64,000 bases of DNA from NCBI GenBank assembly GCA_905331295.1, contig CAJNYD010000357.1, positions 1-64,000 of the forward strand, read 5' to 3'. A model generated the notes under the pieces. The model worked only from the letters and a program-made list of their open reading frames with translations, did not search any database and was not told the origin of the DNA. Shown piece after piece: positions 13,301 to 28,297 of the stretch (the first letter of the stretch is position 1; every line of letters begins with the position of its first letter). The position numbers were made by a program, and so were the translations under genes. Origin of the DNA: Rotaria socialis (taxonomy: Eukaryota).

Positions 13301-14665
13301 ATGAAGTTCTCTATTAAAATTATAATTTTCATTATTCAATATGCGAATATTCAACACATTCTTAATTTTTGAACGAATAAAACGTACGTTAAAAAAAGCG
13401 TTTCTTTTTTAAAGAACAATGATTATACTCAAACTGGCTTTAAAATAAATAATACTTGCCGAAATTCCTCCAAAGTCATACTTCCAGTATTTTTTAGATT
13501 ATAAAAACGAAATATATATCGACAACGTTGTTCGGCAGGAGCGCCTAAAATTAATATTATCATATGAATAATATAATATAAATTTAAATTTTTACCCCCA
13601 TGAGAAGTACTTGGATCCATCGCTGCTAATCCTTTAAAATGAGGAAAAACAATCATGTTTTCAATTAATCATAATTCAATGAATTAACAGACCAAGTAAA
13701 TAATCTGAATAAGTTAAATAAGATTTTTGTTGAGCATCAAAAGCTCGAAAATAAGCCTGTATCTTTATTTTTTCTCCTGTAGATAACTTATTATCCATGC
13801 CTTCGACAAATGCTTGAAAACTCATATATTCACTAGGAAAGGTATATGAATAAAATTCTTTAAAAATACGTTCTTGTACTAAAATAAAATAAACAAAAGT
13901 GAAATTCTATTCATGTCAATGAATGCCACTTTAATTTACTTTTTATATTAAATTTGGCAGAACCCATAAGTTGTTCTTGTGGTGAAGCAATTAGTTGATT
14001 ATTTGGATCAGGTTGTTTACAATCAATAAATTGTAGGATGGATTCTTCAAATATTTGTCCACCGGATATGAAATCATCTAAATAAAATCAATAAAAAATG
14101 TTGACTGATCAATAAATATATGTATATATATAAACTGATTGTTTTACCCCAACCATTGACTTGTTGGCGTTCAAGAATATTTTTTAATAAATAATAAGGT
14201 TCAAGCCCAAGTAATTCTCGATTTTTAATGGCTGTTTTCATTCGTTCAAAACTCATCCATATCGAATTTACTAAGTTAGATCCATTTGCACGCGCCTGAC
14301 AAACATATAAATTGTTTTATTTAATTTTTTATTAATTAAAAATCTACTATTACCAAGCGTCCCTTAGTGATAAGATAATATGTTTGTGTACTTGGTAAAC
14401 ATGGTAATAGATCACTACAACGAATCTTAAGTACGTTAACAACTTCAAAATCATATGGGCATAACTAAATACAGTCACAAAGATATTAAAAATAAATAGG
14501 AAATCAGAAACGTACTTTGCTAGTTATTCGTTTAGCAGCAATAGCTCGTGTTTCACTTTGCTTGACTTCATCAAACGGAAACCAATAGCCGCGACCAAGA
14601 GTTTGCTCTACGAGAAGTAAGGCATCCACTTCTTTGTCGATGATAACACATACAACCAGCTTCAT
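10394..14665 (-). CDS. Multi-exon PPP-family Ser/Thr protein phosphatase with N-terminal Nudix-like segment and EF-hand region
   Basis: Catalytic motifs GDIHG, GDYVDRG, LRGNHE (after splicing), CLHGG, RAHE and TVFSSSHYCG. EF-hand-like IFRFYNLKNTGSMTLEEF. Putative start MKLVVCVIIDKEVDALLLVEQ at 14665 and stop after RLIRLDTT at 10394. Confidence 0.85.
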
Positions 14666-17600
14666 TTCATCTCTTAAAAAAATACAACTGTTTTTTTTTT
14701 TTTGATGACGAGAAAAGAGTAAGAACGAAAAATCAATTGTTTACTTTGTTCCAAACATTACATATACACAGAAGTAACGGAATGGTACTTTATACAATCC
14801 AATAAAAAACTAGCATAGATGGCGAAGCCACAAGAGTCGAATATATAGGTTTCAGATTACTTGAAATTTGTACAGTTCATACTAAAGTTACGATCGAATC
14901 ATAATTTATTTTTGCAGCATATTTATAGGTTTAAACCGCTAGTTACAATTCTTTTTGTTGTTTATAGTGCTGAAAAATAACAAATTTTTGTTTAAGTCAC
15001 CTTAGAAAATGTTTTTGAGGATAAATTACATCTTTCAAAAGTAAATATTGAATTGTACATAGCAAATAGCTTGAAGTAGAAATCCTTCATCACATCTGAA
15101 GGTAATTTCCATAGAAAATACGAATGAGTTTAATCATCTTCGAAGATCAAGTTTACATATCTATGAAGAACTTTCATTAGGGAATAAATACACAATAGAA
15201 TTATTTACGCCTCACTACCAAAAATATGTTTCACGACAAAATAGATCACAAGACTTTTTTGTGAAGAAAGTTTTTTTCTTACTAGTACCGACGTGTTATT
15301 GAATCAAAACTTCTGTTAAAGCCCATAAAATACGAGTTCAAAAATAGCAGTACTGGATGTATTTGTTCTCAACAGACGATCATATTTATACTTTCTTTTT
15401 TTAAGTGTCAAGATATAGATCCTATAAAACTTTCTCTTTTTAAGCTTACTTTAGAATCAAAGCGTTTTCCGTCTACGGAAATTAATCACATAATTTTATC
15501 GATAGAAGTTTGTTTCTCAAATAATTGAACTATGTTGTTATGCATCTAAGGGTATTTCAAAAGAATAAAATCTTCATATGAATCAGTTAAATAGAAGAAA
15601 TGAGAGTATTTTGCATTATATGGTCATATTATAGTAAGACAATGTTAGACAGTAGATTGTCACAAAATAAGCACTAGCCAGGAATATCAAATAATCACAT
15701 AATTTAACATGGATTTGTTAAAACAGCTTCCACTCTAATATCGAATAGTTTGTTGTCATATTTTTATTTTATTTATTTGTAGTCATTGTAACATTAGTAT
15801 AAAGATTTCAGCTCATTTTCTGATTATTCAAGTAAGACCGTGTTAAACGTTACAAACATTTCATTAAATTCAAATTTTTATTTTATTACATAAATAGAGA
15901 AGATTCCGTTGAATTCTAACTTTTAAAAATCATTAAAAGGGAAATTTTGTTGTTGTTTCGTTCATGAAAGCGATTAAACTTTTCTTTTTGATTCAATCAA
16001 TATTATTATATATAATAAAGACTCTATATGCAAACGAGAACAGCATTGAGAATGACATGAATGAATATTCATGAATTGCTCTTGGTTTCATCTAAATGAT
16101 TTATAGGTTTGATTTGTGTACATGATAGATGAAGACTAACAAGACAAAATCCTCGATGAAGCAGACAACACTTGATTTGGTTATCTCTAATCAAACAAAA
16201 AAGAATACTGTTGACAATTGTCAATTCTGAATTAAACTATTTTTGATTGCTGATGTCGTTGGTATATTCAAAACAAGCATTTTACATCTGATAAACTGTT
16301 TGAAATTCAACATCTATGATAGATTCATTCAGTTTGATATGAGAATAGGTATTCATTCTTTTTTTGGCACAACATTAAAATCTATATAGAAAAATTGCTT
16401 TTATAGTTTACAGTTTTTTGAACTCAGATTGAATCTTTATAACATCTATGATATTTTTAAAAATAGATTATTCTGTCAACAAGTATTATTGACTTGACTG
16501 CTACTATCAATTATTCTAGTTGCATCCGTCATCATGAGTGAAGTATTTATTCATAGGAAAGCTTATTTCTTCTGACTTACATCAAACTGTCGAAGGAGTT
16601 TTATCCAAAATTTAGATATAAATACATGCATTATGTTAAAACGGTAGGTTTACTTTTTTTCTTACAGTTTTCTGTTAATTAACTGTTATGAAGTTTTAAA
16701 TAAATCATTTCATTTTTACAAAAAACTTTCATGCGTGTTACATAATTATTGAGAATGATTGGTATAGTTTTTACATTTCGATCTCTGAAGTTCATCCCAT
16801 TCATCAGCTGTATATGTGTGTACTATATTTTCTCTGGATGAACAGCAAAATTCTGAAAGAATTCATTTTCTTGCATTCTTTTCTCTCTTGTACTTCGTCT
16901 AAAACAACATTTTGAATTCAAATGAATGGTTTGAGGTGCCGTAAACAAAATGCAAAATATTAATAGTCAACCAGATTTCTTTGATGTAGCATGGCTGTGC
17001 GGTTAGAAAGAAGTTGTCGAGCTGTTTAACAGCATGCGTCCAACAACATATTATCCTAATTTTTTTTCGAACTGACAACGACTGGAAAAATTCGAAATGA
17101 AAATAAAAACCTGATCACGATGTTTATTGAAGTAGAATGGCCAATTAAAAACAAAAAAAACTCTTTCATTCTCTAAATGTATTGCTTTATTGTGTAATAT
17201 TTTCGAAAGATGATGCTTTATGCTCTGAATGCAATATTACCGATACAGGCATAAGTTCAACACTATTCAAATATAACACGAAAAACAGAATGTTCTATGA
17301 AAATCGGACTGTTAAATCTACAAATGAGTTTGGTTCCTTTAGGTTCCATGATTATTTATCATTCTAATGATTGCTAGATCAGAAAAAATTGATCAATCTA
17401 TTGTTGCTGATATTTATATAATACACTGCTGCTGGAAAAAAAGTTGTGATATTGAAACGTTTATAAATTATAGAAAAAACATTTTAATATGTATTGAATT
17501 TTTAATTGTTCCGATTTTATTTTTTTGTCATCAGTCAACACCATGTTTAAAGTCGGTATCAAAAAGTATATTGAAATGTGTACCACTAATCATAAGATGT

Positions 17601-18577
17601 TGTTTATTAAAATTTTATCAATATAAAATACCAGATTCATCGGTCCGATTTGCACAGTAATATATTTTTTTCTAACTCAACATATATTTGCTTTCATGCA
17701 ATATTTGAATAGTGCTGAAGTGACGTGTCTATCAGTGCTTTTGCACTGAGATTCGAAAAAAAATCACTTACTGAAAGTTTTGAAAGAGAAACCGCATTCT
17801 GAAAAGGAACATTTTCTTTGAAAATTGAGTAAATATCTGCCATGAAAAAATTCTCGGTTTTTCATGCTGCCTTTTAAAATTTTCCTGGTTATTTGTAGTT
17901 TCACGAAAATATTTAATTCTTTTTTTGTATCTTCAATATTGTCTTATAGAGCTCAAAAAAAAATAGTCTATTCAATCGTGCGAAGACATTTGCTTGAAAA
18001 TTCAAACGGATTTTTGAATTACTGGTACTCCATCTGAACTGTACACGACGAGACATAAACTGAAAAAGTTCCTTCTATGGAACATGGTACGATTAGTCAG
18101 GAAAGACTGCGTCATGAACTAGGAAACTGGTAAAGAAATGACACCAGCTCTGTTGTAGAAACATGTCTTTAGATTTCTAAGTGGAATTTGTAATTAAATG
18201 TGTGGAACGTTTATTTATCACTCTCGCTTCTAACCCTAATCATTGACAAACTAGATTAGCCATCTTCTTCGCTTTTCAGCTGTTAGATGTCTTCATCGTT
18301 TATTAATCAAACTAGTTCTTTGGATTAAGCGTAAAGCTAATTAATCATTACTTACTTTTTTATTCTCTTTACGTATGATTAGAAAAAACGAAAGAAAATC
18401 TATTATTGACTGAATCACACAAGTTTTTATTGTATTTTATGTTCAATGAAAAATTTCATCACTATTTTTCTTATACATAAAAGAATAAAAGAAAACCAAA
18501 AAACACCAGAAAAGATAACCGGGCTCAAACACAAGAAAAAAAATTTATATACAAATAGACAGCAAAGAAAGAGAAAA

Positions 18578-21500
18578 TCATCTATTTGTATGTTGTCGCG
18601 TTACTTGCTGAGTTTTAACTGAAGTGATCGATATAGACTTCGATTTTTTAATACAAATGCCAAATGTTATATTCCAAAAAGCCATACGAAATTGTTTTGA
18701 ACAATATGCATAAATAAATGGATTGATAACTGAATTAAAATATCCAAGCCATGTTATTAAGGTACCAGTCTGAGGACTAAATGAATATATTTCCGGCGGT
18801 ATAACATACATAATGAAAAACGGTAACCAGAAAAGAATGAAGCCACCAACAACAACAGCTAGCGTTTTAGCTGTTTTTTGCTCTTTCATAAAACGAATAC
18901 GTTCACGACGATGAACATCATGTGATGGATTCTGTGTGTTTCCACTTGATTGATGATGACGATTAGATGATAATAAAGTATTATGATTTAGATTTTCCAC
19001 AACACGCAAACTTGCATTTGATGTCACCATCATTGCTGCACGATTATTTGCATCGTTTGAAGATAATTTGTCATCGTAATCCTCATCATAATCATCATCG
19101 TATGTTAATGAATGATTTGGTGTACAATAATAAATTTTTTTATTTTTATTTTCCTTTGAATTATTCAATGGTGTTAAACAAGAATAACAATAACAACAAG
19201 AACGCTTTGAATTATCCATCTTATTGACATTTTTACGATGAATCGATACTGATGATTGATTCGATTGGAGTGAGGAATTATTATTTGGTGCTATTCTATG
19301 CTGTTGTGGTAAATTTTCAATTGATTTCGTCATTTGCGGTACATTTGTTCGTCGACGTGTAGGTTTCGTTCGTCGATTTATACGAGTCTGTTCGGGTAAA
19401 GTTCTATGTTCATGAAAATTTGGATCTCTTGAATTATTAGTCGGTTTCTGTTCAATTAACGACGTACATTTCGATAACCTTTTCGGATACTTTATTTCTT
19501 GTAATTTTATCTGTTCATTTGATGACAATTGTGTTCGATCATGTGTTAATTCATTTAATGATTGAGTTATTTGATATACACATTCCATAGAACATGAATT
19601 GTTTTCTTTATTAGACAATAAGATGTTATCGACTTCATTCTGAGCAGAAAAAAAAGAAAATTATTTCAATTAAATCAACTTGTAAAAGTGTAAGGAGAAA
19701 TTATGATTTCATTTTTTTAAACTTTTTCAATAATAATTACAGATTAATTAAATGTTTTTATTATATTTTCCGCATTTGATTTTACTTGTTATTCTATTTA
19801 TCCTGGACCAAAATGCCAATTAACATTCCTTGGTCAATATGATCGAGTCTCGTTCAATCTAATGTGCACTGTATCACATATTATCTGATTTTCTTTCACA
19901 AAATAAAATATCAATAAAAGGATGTTTTGGTACTATCTTCTTTTCTAGAGAGATTAGTTAAAAATTTGATTAATGAGGACGTTATACTCATGCAATGCAT
20001 ATAGAAGCTTTTTTTTTTATAGAAAACAATAATGAAGCATTCAATAATGTGTTAGATTTTTACTACTTGGTTACATTACTAACATAAAACTAATTTCATT
20101 TATATATATATATCATGGTCGTTGGAAAACTTATTCTACACAACGTCTTAAGTAAAGTAGCTCTAAATTTAATTCAGATTAGTCTGCGAACATTATACGC
20201 CATGTGATCTTTCGCATATTCCTCGAGTAAACTGATTCTATTTATGATTTTTCTACATATCTCTAGTGAATATCCTACGAAATCCCTAGTATTAATAGCT
20301 TTACTACTTTTTTTTCAATAGAAAACTAATTACTTCCAAAATTAGTTTGTTTATCAGATTAACAATGTTTATGCTTTGCTTTATTTAACATCGATTATAT
20401 CATCATAGTCGGCTAACAGTGCTTTGTATAAATAATTCTTTTTTTATCTTTAACGATTCATAGAATTGTGCAAAACAAAATGAAGCCTTAATTACCATTA
20501 ACGTGATTATAGAGATACCGTTGCGATTTACGTTTAGTGAATTTCGAAAGAAATTCATATATCACTACCATAAAAAGATCTGCAACCAATGAACTGGAAA
20601 AGAATACTACGAAATTTTTTTTCATGAGTATCTTATTTCAATTGTTCTATCAAAAAAAAAAAACGTTTTGTTTTTTTCCATTATGATTTTTTGTTTTGTT
20701 TATTAAATTTAGCTTTAATTTTATTTTCTTCTGTTAGAAAAATGAATTTAATGCAAGCCTGAGTCATAAAATAATATGTTTACTATTATAGAAAAATCAT
20801 ATGTATTTACGGTGTAAATAGAAGAGAAGAGTATGTTTCTCGTGTATTTCTCTCTATTTGTAACGAAAGTCGCATCTTACTTGGGTTTTATCAGTAAAAT
20901 TTGTTGAACTATATATTGTTGAAGTTTTAAATGATCGATTTTGTTTTTTTTCTACATTCAAATCATTTTTACTTCTAATTGATGCTCGATCAAATGAATG
21001 TGATCGACACCTAATCAATGATGGTAATGAATTTTGAATATTTTTTAATTCGTAACATGGTGAATCACATGTACGAAATTGATATTGAGCGCCGATATGC
21101 GACATATATTTACGTCGACGATAATAGTTTTCCTTGGATAAATGAGTTATTTTTCTTGTTGATATTGTACATGGGCGACAAAATAATGTTCCTGCCGTTG
21201 TTACTTTAGAAGTTAATGGTGGTGTATTCGGTGTCGAATTAGAACAATCATAATAATTACTCGTATTCATATTCATATTATTATTACTTGTAAATCGATA
21301 AATAAGAGAACCATTTGGTTTTTGCTCAGTATTTAGACAATTATTATTAAATGGTGATAATGATCTTTGATGATTTATACTTGCATCATTCTGTTGAAAT
21401 CTTTTTCGAAAACATAAACAACAACAATAGGATTTTTCACGTCTTTTTTTAAGATCTTTATTATTAGTATCATTGGCACCATTCGAAGTATTTTTAATAT

Positions 21501-22670
21501 TGATTAAACCATTTTGATTTGTTTTTGAGGGTGACGTTTGTATTGTTCTATTTCGATTATTATTATTATTATTATTATAAAACTTTTGCATTAAATTCTC
21601 ACGATCATACACAACCATAAATATGCGTATATATACAAATATCATAATAAAAGCTGGAATATAAAATGAACCAAGTGCCGAGTAAACGACATAACCTCGA
21701 GCCGTATTCAAATCGCATTTATGATCACGTTCAACCTAAAATGTAAAAAAATAAGAACTTTAGAATTTTTTCTTTCATAACTATAAATATAATCTTTTTA
21801 TATGGTATTAATCTGAAACTATTTCCGACAAGAAGCTTGTCTTTTAGAACAAAAAAAAGAGAGAGAACTTCATTTGAAAGCTATAAAATATTCTTTTGGT
21901 TTATTAACTTCTATTGTAACTAAAAGTCTATTCTGTAAAAACAATAATGAATAGAAGGATTGAGAAAAAAAATATCGGCTATAATTTTATAGTATTCATG
22001 TCTCATAACCTTTAAGTTAAATGTTCTCCACTGTAATTTTCATTATTAATCTTACGAGGGTGTCAAATGTTTTCAAGAATCTTTCATAGTTATAAATTTA
22101 TACCGTATATTTTCTATTCGAATCACGCCAACCAAATATAGGTGGACATGTAATAACAACTGAAGTAATCCATACAAGTAAAATCATGATACGAGCAAGA
22201 AATTTCGATCTATACGCAGTATATGTTAATGGTCTTGTTATAGCCATATAACGATCAACAGATATACAAGTTAAATTGAGTATACTAGAAGTACATAGAA
22301 GTACGTCCGATGATACCCACAGATCACACAAGATTAAACCAAGTTGCCATGAATGATCACGTTGATGATAATAAATACTTAATGGAAGAACAAATATCGC
22401 AACTAAAGCATCAGCAAATGCTAACGATGCTATAAAATAATTAGTTACTGTTTGTAAACGTCGTGTACGAAAAAAAGCACATATAACAAGTAAATTACCG
22501 AAAAATACGCTTATATCGATAAATATCATGCATGTTAAAGTTAATAGTCTTGCCGAAACAGGCATTGCTGATGTAATTATTGTTGATGATGATATTGTTT
22601 TTATTGTCAGATTGTTGTTCAGTGTACCGTTGACAAGATCGACATAGTGTATAGGCGTTAAAATGCTCAT
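18578..22670 (-). CDS. Biogenic amine GPCR (octopamine/alpha-adrenergic-like), 3 exons (22670-22104, 21735-20881, 19639-18578), ~827 aa
   Basis: TNYFIASLAFAD, TM3 CDLWVSSDVLLCTSSILNLTCISVDRY with the amine-binding Asp, YSALGSFYIP, KEQKTAKTL, WLPFF, WLGYFNSVINPFIY; GT-AG junctions are in phase. Confidence 0.9.
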
Positions 22671-25600
22671 TGTAATTATTCATGATGCATAGCTTCAAAT
22701 TCAAAAGAAAATACTCACTAAATACAATAAATATATTGAAATCTTTTTGAAAACTCCAGAACTAACAACAAAAAATAAAGTAACATGAGACAAGCCGAGT
22801 TTGTTACTAAAATTATGGAGATTCTCATTCTGTTTTCTTGCCTTTCTTTCTCTCTCCGTCTCCGTCTCTTTCTCTGTCTCTCTTCTTTTTTCTTTTCCGA
22901 TTACATCTAGGGTGCGTGTTTTCTCTAATTACAAAAGAAAATCTAAAAAGAAAAGAGAAAAAACAACAACAATAACAGCAGTCATAATTCAGTTTATTAT
23001 AGTTCTCCCTTTGTTTCTTTTGTCTCATTGAATTAATCTTTACCTCTCTTCCTCTCTTGCGCGTTCAAATGAGAAAACAACAAAAATATAATCACAATCT
23101 GCTCAACTATGTGATCTTCTACTCAACTGACCGATACAATAGACATTGTGTGGACAAACAAACATTCAAATGAATTATACGATATTCTATTTTTATGTCT
23201 TATCCATGTAATGTATATATACATTTATATCTAGGTGTTTCTTCCTATAAGAGTACTTAATCTATCTAACTGCCAGAGGAAAAATAAAAGGCATTATGTA
23301 TGTATATCTAGATATATGTACCAAGATGAGGAAAAGGATTTGTTAAACACAATATATTTATGAGTAGATTGACTGTGTGTGCGTGTGTGTGTGTGTAGAA
23401 GCTAATGTAATCGACAGTTTATTGATCGTTCTATGTAGGAAAATCTTTAATCACAGACAATTGTATAAATCTAGTATTGTGCTGAATGATTTATGGTATA
23501 AATATGTCAATTATTCATCTTCTTATTAAAAATCACGTTATTTCATATAATAAAGAATGAAAATGCTTAGAATTTTACAGCTCTTTCTCTCGTGAATAAT
23601 TAACATTTTGTAATGCATAGGGGGAGTAAAATAGATACAAATGTAGCTGTTGTTGGTCAAATAATAAAGAACTAATAAAAATAAACTTTAATGACTCTGT
23701 CATTGATCACTATAGAGTTGGTTTCTTTGATTGTCAGAAGTAGGAAAATAGAATGTCTATTTCTATAGTTTTCTTCATTCTATCAAAGACATCCGAATAC
23801 ATCTATTTTATTTAGTTCTGCTAGAAGAAAATCTATACGTCGTCTACTGATGGAGTTTTGTATGTCAAAGAACTTTCTAATTGTTATTGTTCGACATTGA
23901 TAAATAAGTGAAATAACTTAATAAAACAAAATAACATAATTATCACTTAATTGACCACATTTGAGTGACTGTTTAGCTCTATCTAATACAGAGAGGATGA
24001 ATGAGGAAGACAAAGAGAAAGACAGAATATAAATAATTGTGTCCCTATTTTTTATAGTTTTATTCCTATAAACTTATTAATTACGTTTATCAGTACTTAA
24101 ACATGCTACCTATGTTACTCATAAACCTATAATATATATATATACATATTTCTTTTATCAACTAATTTCATCAAATGAATCAGGATTCAAGAAAAATAAG
24201 TTCAAACACATGCGAATATCAATGCAAAACATCTGCTTATGCAATTTAGCTCTCTTATGTGCAGAAAGAACCATTCAACCTTAATTGAGCAAGGCGATCT
24301 AGTGAAAAAGATATTACATATCGATCCGACCACACTCGAGAGAGCTATAATTTTCATTAGATCTACTGTCATTGGTTCGTTACAATGATAATGATCAATA
24401 GAATTATAATGGGATGGAAATTGCATGCAAGAGGATTGCCACTATGTCCACAAAATAAATCATTTATCACATGTGACATCAGTCCAATTAGCTTTCCTAC
24501 TACTCTCCCATACTCGGTATAGTTAATCGGATGTTGCAAGCTACAAAACTGATAGTCACACAAAAAGAAGAGAAAAAAAGACTGAACGCGGTCTTCTAAT
24601 AAGTTGGTTTCTGTTCATTCCACGAAACTACTTCTCTAAATCGTCTCATGTGTCAGAAATCTAATCAAATAGTTATATATCTGTATGAGAAATTTCTTGC
24701 TTTCTATTCAAGCTTAAAAGCGAGTACTAACTAAATGGTTTCGTCCCTAGGATATAATAGTTTTCTTTTTTCATTATTTATTTATCGTTTATGGCACAAT
24801 TGACTATAGTTTTACAAATCTTTCTAAATCAATTTTAGACTATGTTTAATTTGTATCGTTCATAAAAATATATTAAACTATTTCTTATAGATTGTATTCA
24901 AATAAAATGAAAAGATATCTAAATTAAAAAATATATGATTTTTTTGAAAACATATAGAGTGTTCGTCTCATTAATTCTACACTACACTATCAAGCAATCA
25001 TCTAAAATATTTAGCAAAGAAAAAAAAAGAAACACTGTTACCAAAGTATATCTCGAGATTATAATGTCGCTTGATAACATATTGATCGTTAACAGGAAAT
25101 TAGAGAAAAACGATAGGCTTTATTAATAAAAAAAGAGAATCATTGAAATATGACATTGCACGAACCTCGTCGACCTTATCATTCTAATCCATAATCAAAA
25201 AGTAAATATATGCCAATTCATATAACCATCAACGAACGAATAGGCGATGCCGCGTAACTTTCTCGTGTCATTTAATCTAGCGAAAACTGAACTTAAAAAT
25301 ATGGCAAATCAGTGTGATGTTGAATGATATGTCACATGAGAATAGTTTCAGTTAGCTTTCATAATGACAATGATGTGAGTAAGTACTATGAACTTTGTAA
25401 AAACTGACGTATACAACTTTTCTTAAAAAAAACGACGGATTGACACATCACACTATTATTATTATCTCACATTGATTTAGATATCTAATGAGAAATGTTC
25501 ATCGATATATTTAATTCGTGTTCTCATTTACTAACATTGATACAGGAAAATCAATTATTCAAAAATATATTGAAATGGACAAGAAAAAAATACCTGGATC

Positions 25601-27139
25601 AACGAATTCTCCCAACAACATACCCGTTTGAGTCGAATGACCTATAGATTTTACTACTTAATTATGTAAGACAGATGACAAGCAGTATAGAACTAATAAT
25701 AGCAGAGAGAGAGAGAGAGAGAGAAAAGATCTTTAATTATTTAATATACTATTCAATGATAATCTACTTCTAAATTCATTTTGTAGAGTCGGCATTAATG
25801 CCTTCAAGGATAATATCAACATTTCTAAATAAAGAACTATATGATTTTTGTGCATAATCTACCTAGAGGTGACTTGTGATATTTTTATGTTTGATATGAA
25901 TGACAACAAAACAAGAAACAATTATCACACGAACGACCAGACACATCTAAAACTGACTTAATACTGAACGAAAAGGAAAGTTAAGTCATACTTTTTATTA
26001 TTTCAGATAAACTCGGAAAAAAAACAATCATGTATACGTGCCATTTCAAGTTTAGACGATTGTTTGTTCTCAAAGTCATTCGCATCCTGTCTAACACGAA
26101 ACTAAACGACTAGCTATATTTTTCACGTGAATATGACCGAAAGCGCCGTATGCTTATATACGTTACTGTCTATGATAAGAGAATATAATCATATAGAAGA
26201 AGCAGAAATGCGAGAAATCAACATGATAGAACCACTGTGCGCGAACTAATCTGATTGACAACGGCGCCGATTGAAATCAGATGAATCTCCTGTTGTTTGC
26301 TGCTTGTCGCCAAAAGTCAATGATGATAGGCGAGATAAAAACGAACAAACTATGTTTTGCGATCTCTTCAATATAAAGCACCGATTCAAGAATCCATCAA
26401 TCATAGGGCGAATTATAAGTGAATCATCTCCAATTTCAATGCGTTGTTACAAAATTCAATACGACCTTGGATTAGAAAATAAATATAAAATAATATATAC
26501 TTTTCGTAATCAAAAAGCAAATAAGATTGAATTGTCGCCCCGAACAAGCATGCTTTACTATCATTTATTCGAATCATTGGATCGATTTGGGTCGTCATTG
26601 AAACGGATCTCCTTTCAAGCCTCGAGACTCGTGTGCTAACAGAATGCTAGAGCGACTTTTCAGTCTCTATTATTCTATTACTTTTGCTTTGCCCTCTATT
26701 ATTCAGCGTTGACAGTTGATCATCACCATACGTGTAGTGTGCCTCAAGCACTACACAATAGGTTATATGAAAACGAGAATTAGAGCGAGACACAGAGAGA
26801 AAAAGAAATATGTGAAGAGAGAAGCGAGAAAATCTTTCCACCATTGAGATAGATATCATATTCACACTTGTTTTTTCATTTTTAACCCATTAATATTTTG
26901 TCAACACGTTCGAGTCATGCGCTTGATAAGTAAATTCAACAGCTGAATGCAAATGAGAAATCAATTTTGTTTTTCTAATAGAAAAGTTATCTGTCTACTT
27001 GATATAACCACAAAAATGACATGAACGCAAATTAAAAAACAAAACATGAACACAGGTCAAAAAACGATAAATTAATTGATTCCATCGAATATGCTAGGAC
27101 GCCCCATGTAAATACTCATCCATACATAAGCATGCAACA

Positions 27140-27186
27140 AAATAAATAAATAAATAAATAAATTTATTTATTTATTTATTTATTTA
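27140..27186. repeat. Inverted microsatellite (AAAT)n-(TTTA)n
   Basis: About 5 AAAT units directly followed by about 6 TTTA units. Confidence 0.9.
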
Positions 27187-27384
27187 TTGGAATATTTGAA
27201 GAAAGACATTGAAATTAAGAACATAAATACATAGGAACAAAACAGAAACAAAAAAGCAAATATCTGACATTTGACATAGTTTACTCATATGACTTAATTG
27301 AAGAATCAAAGATTGTTTTTTCTTTTTGTTAAATATACAAACATTCAACACATTAAGGAAAACAAAAAGAAGAATTTAAACGTT

Positions 27385-28297
27385 TTAAATATGTGTTTTT
27401 TGTCGTTTTGACATTGGAGATTCATCGGTAATGTGAAGTTCAATGCCACTATCATATTCTGACGTCATAGACTAAATAAATATTATCCAGATAAAAAACA
27501 ATAATAATTTTTTGCAGGAATCCTATACATACATTAAAAACATTTGTTAAATATTCACAATGTTCATTTTTCGCTTGTAGTTTTTCATTTTCTTTAGTTA
27601 ATTCGTCGAGTAATTCATGCAGCTAAAAAAATTAGAAGAAAATGTTTTTCTCCTATATATGGATTCTGTTTTTTTTTCTTAAATAGATATGTTACTTGTT
27701 GATTTTCTCTCAATTCATCGTCAAGTTTTATTCGAGCACGTTCAGCCAAAATTTTCCAATAACAATCAGATGCTCGGCCTAGAACATCAAAGGTCATAAC
27801 TTCGTTTTAATCGAACGGGAAATTCAGATGCATAACAAGAAATATTGAAAGCAATGTAAATAAAGAGAAATCGAATGAGATATTTTGATTGAATGCATGC
27901 AGAGTTATAACTTGGATCTAATAATTGAAATAATACAATATTGACAAGAATGATTAATATAGTGAGGATTGAATTTCGTTCCGCATAACATAATTATTTA
28001 GTGAGCATATTAATATTAAAAATACGCAGCTCGAACGTTCATGATTGATCATAAATTATGTTCTTATTTACCTTTAATAAACTTTTCAAATTCGTCATCA
28101 TTCATGTTTTTTCCTTGTATTAACATATCATCTAAATAGTTTGGTGTATTTGTACATTGCGAAGTGTTTTGAATAGTATCTGTTTGCACGCATATCGATT
28201 GTGTTGATTTAAACAGTGGCGCTGAATAATTTTCAATAGAATTCAATCGATAAATACTATTTGTTGCCGAAGATGTCGACGCTGTTTTTTTTAACAT
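27385..28297 (-). CDS. GMNN: Geminin-family coiled-coil protein, 4 exons
   Basis: Spliced RASDCYWKILAERARIKLDDELRENQQLHELLDELTKENEKLQAKNEH matches the geminin YWKxxAExRRxAL...ENxxLH coiled-coil; last exon SMTSEYDSGIEL...KRQKTHI*. Confidence 0.7.

Noticed and set aside
15900..17660. Possible heavily decayed EnSpm/CACTA-like transposase remnant
   Set aside because: Only vague similarity across many stops and frameshifts, with no catalytic motif I can defend; needs a translated HMM search.
26271..26865. ORFs of 122, 61 and 72 aa upstream of the amine receptor
   Set aside because: No domain similarity or convincing splice structure.
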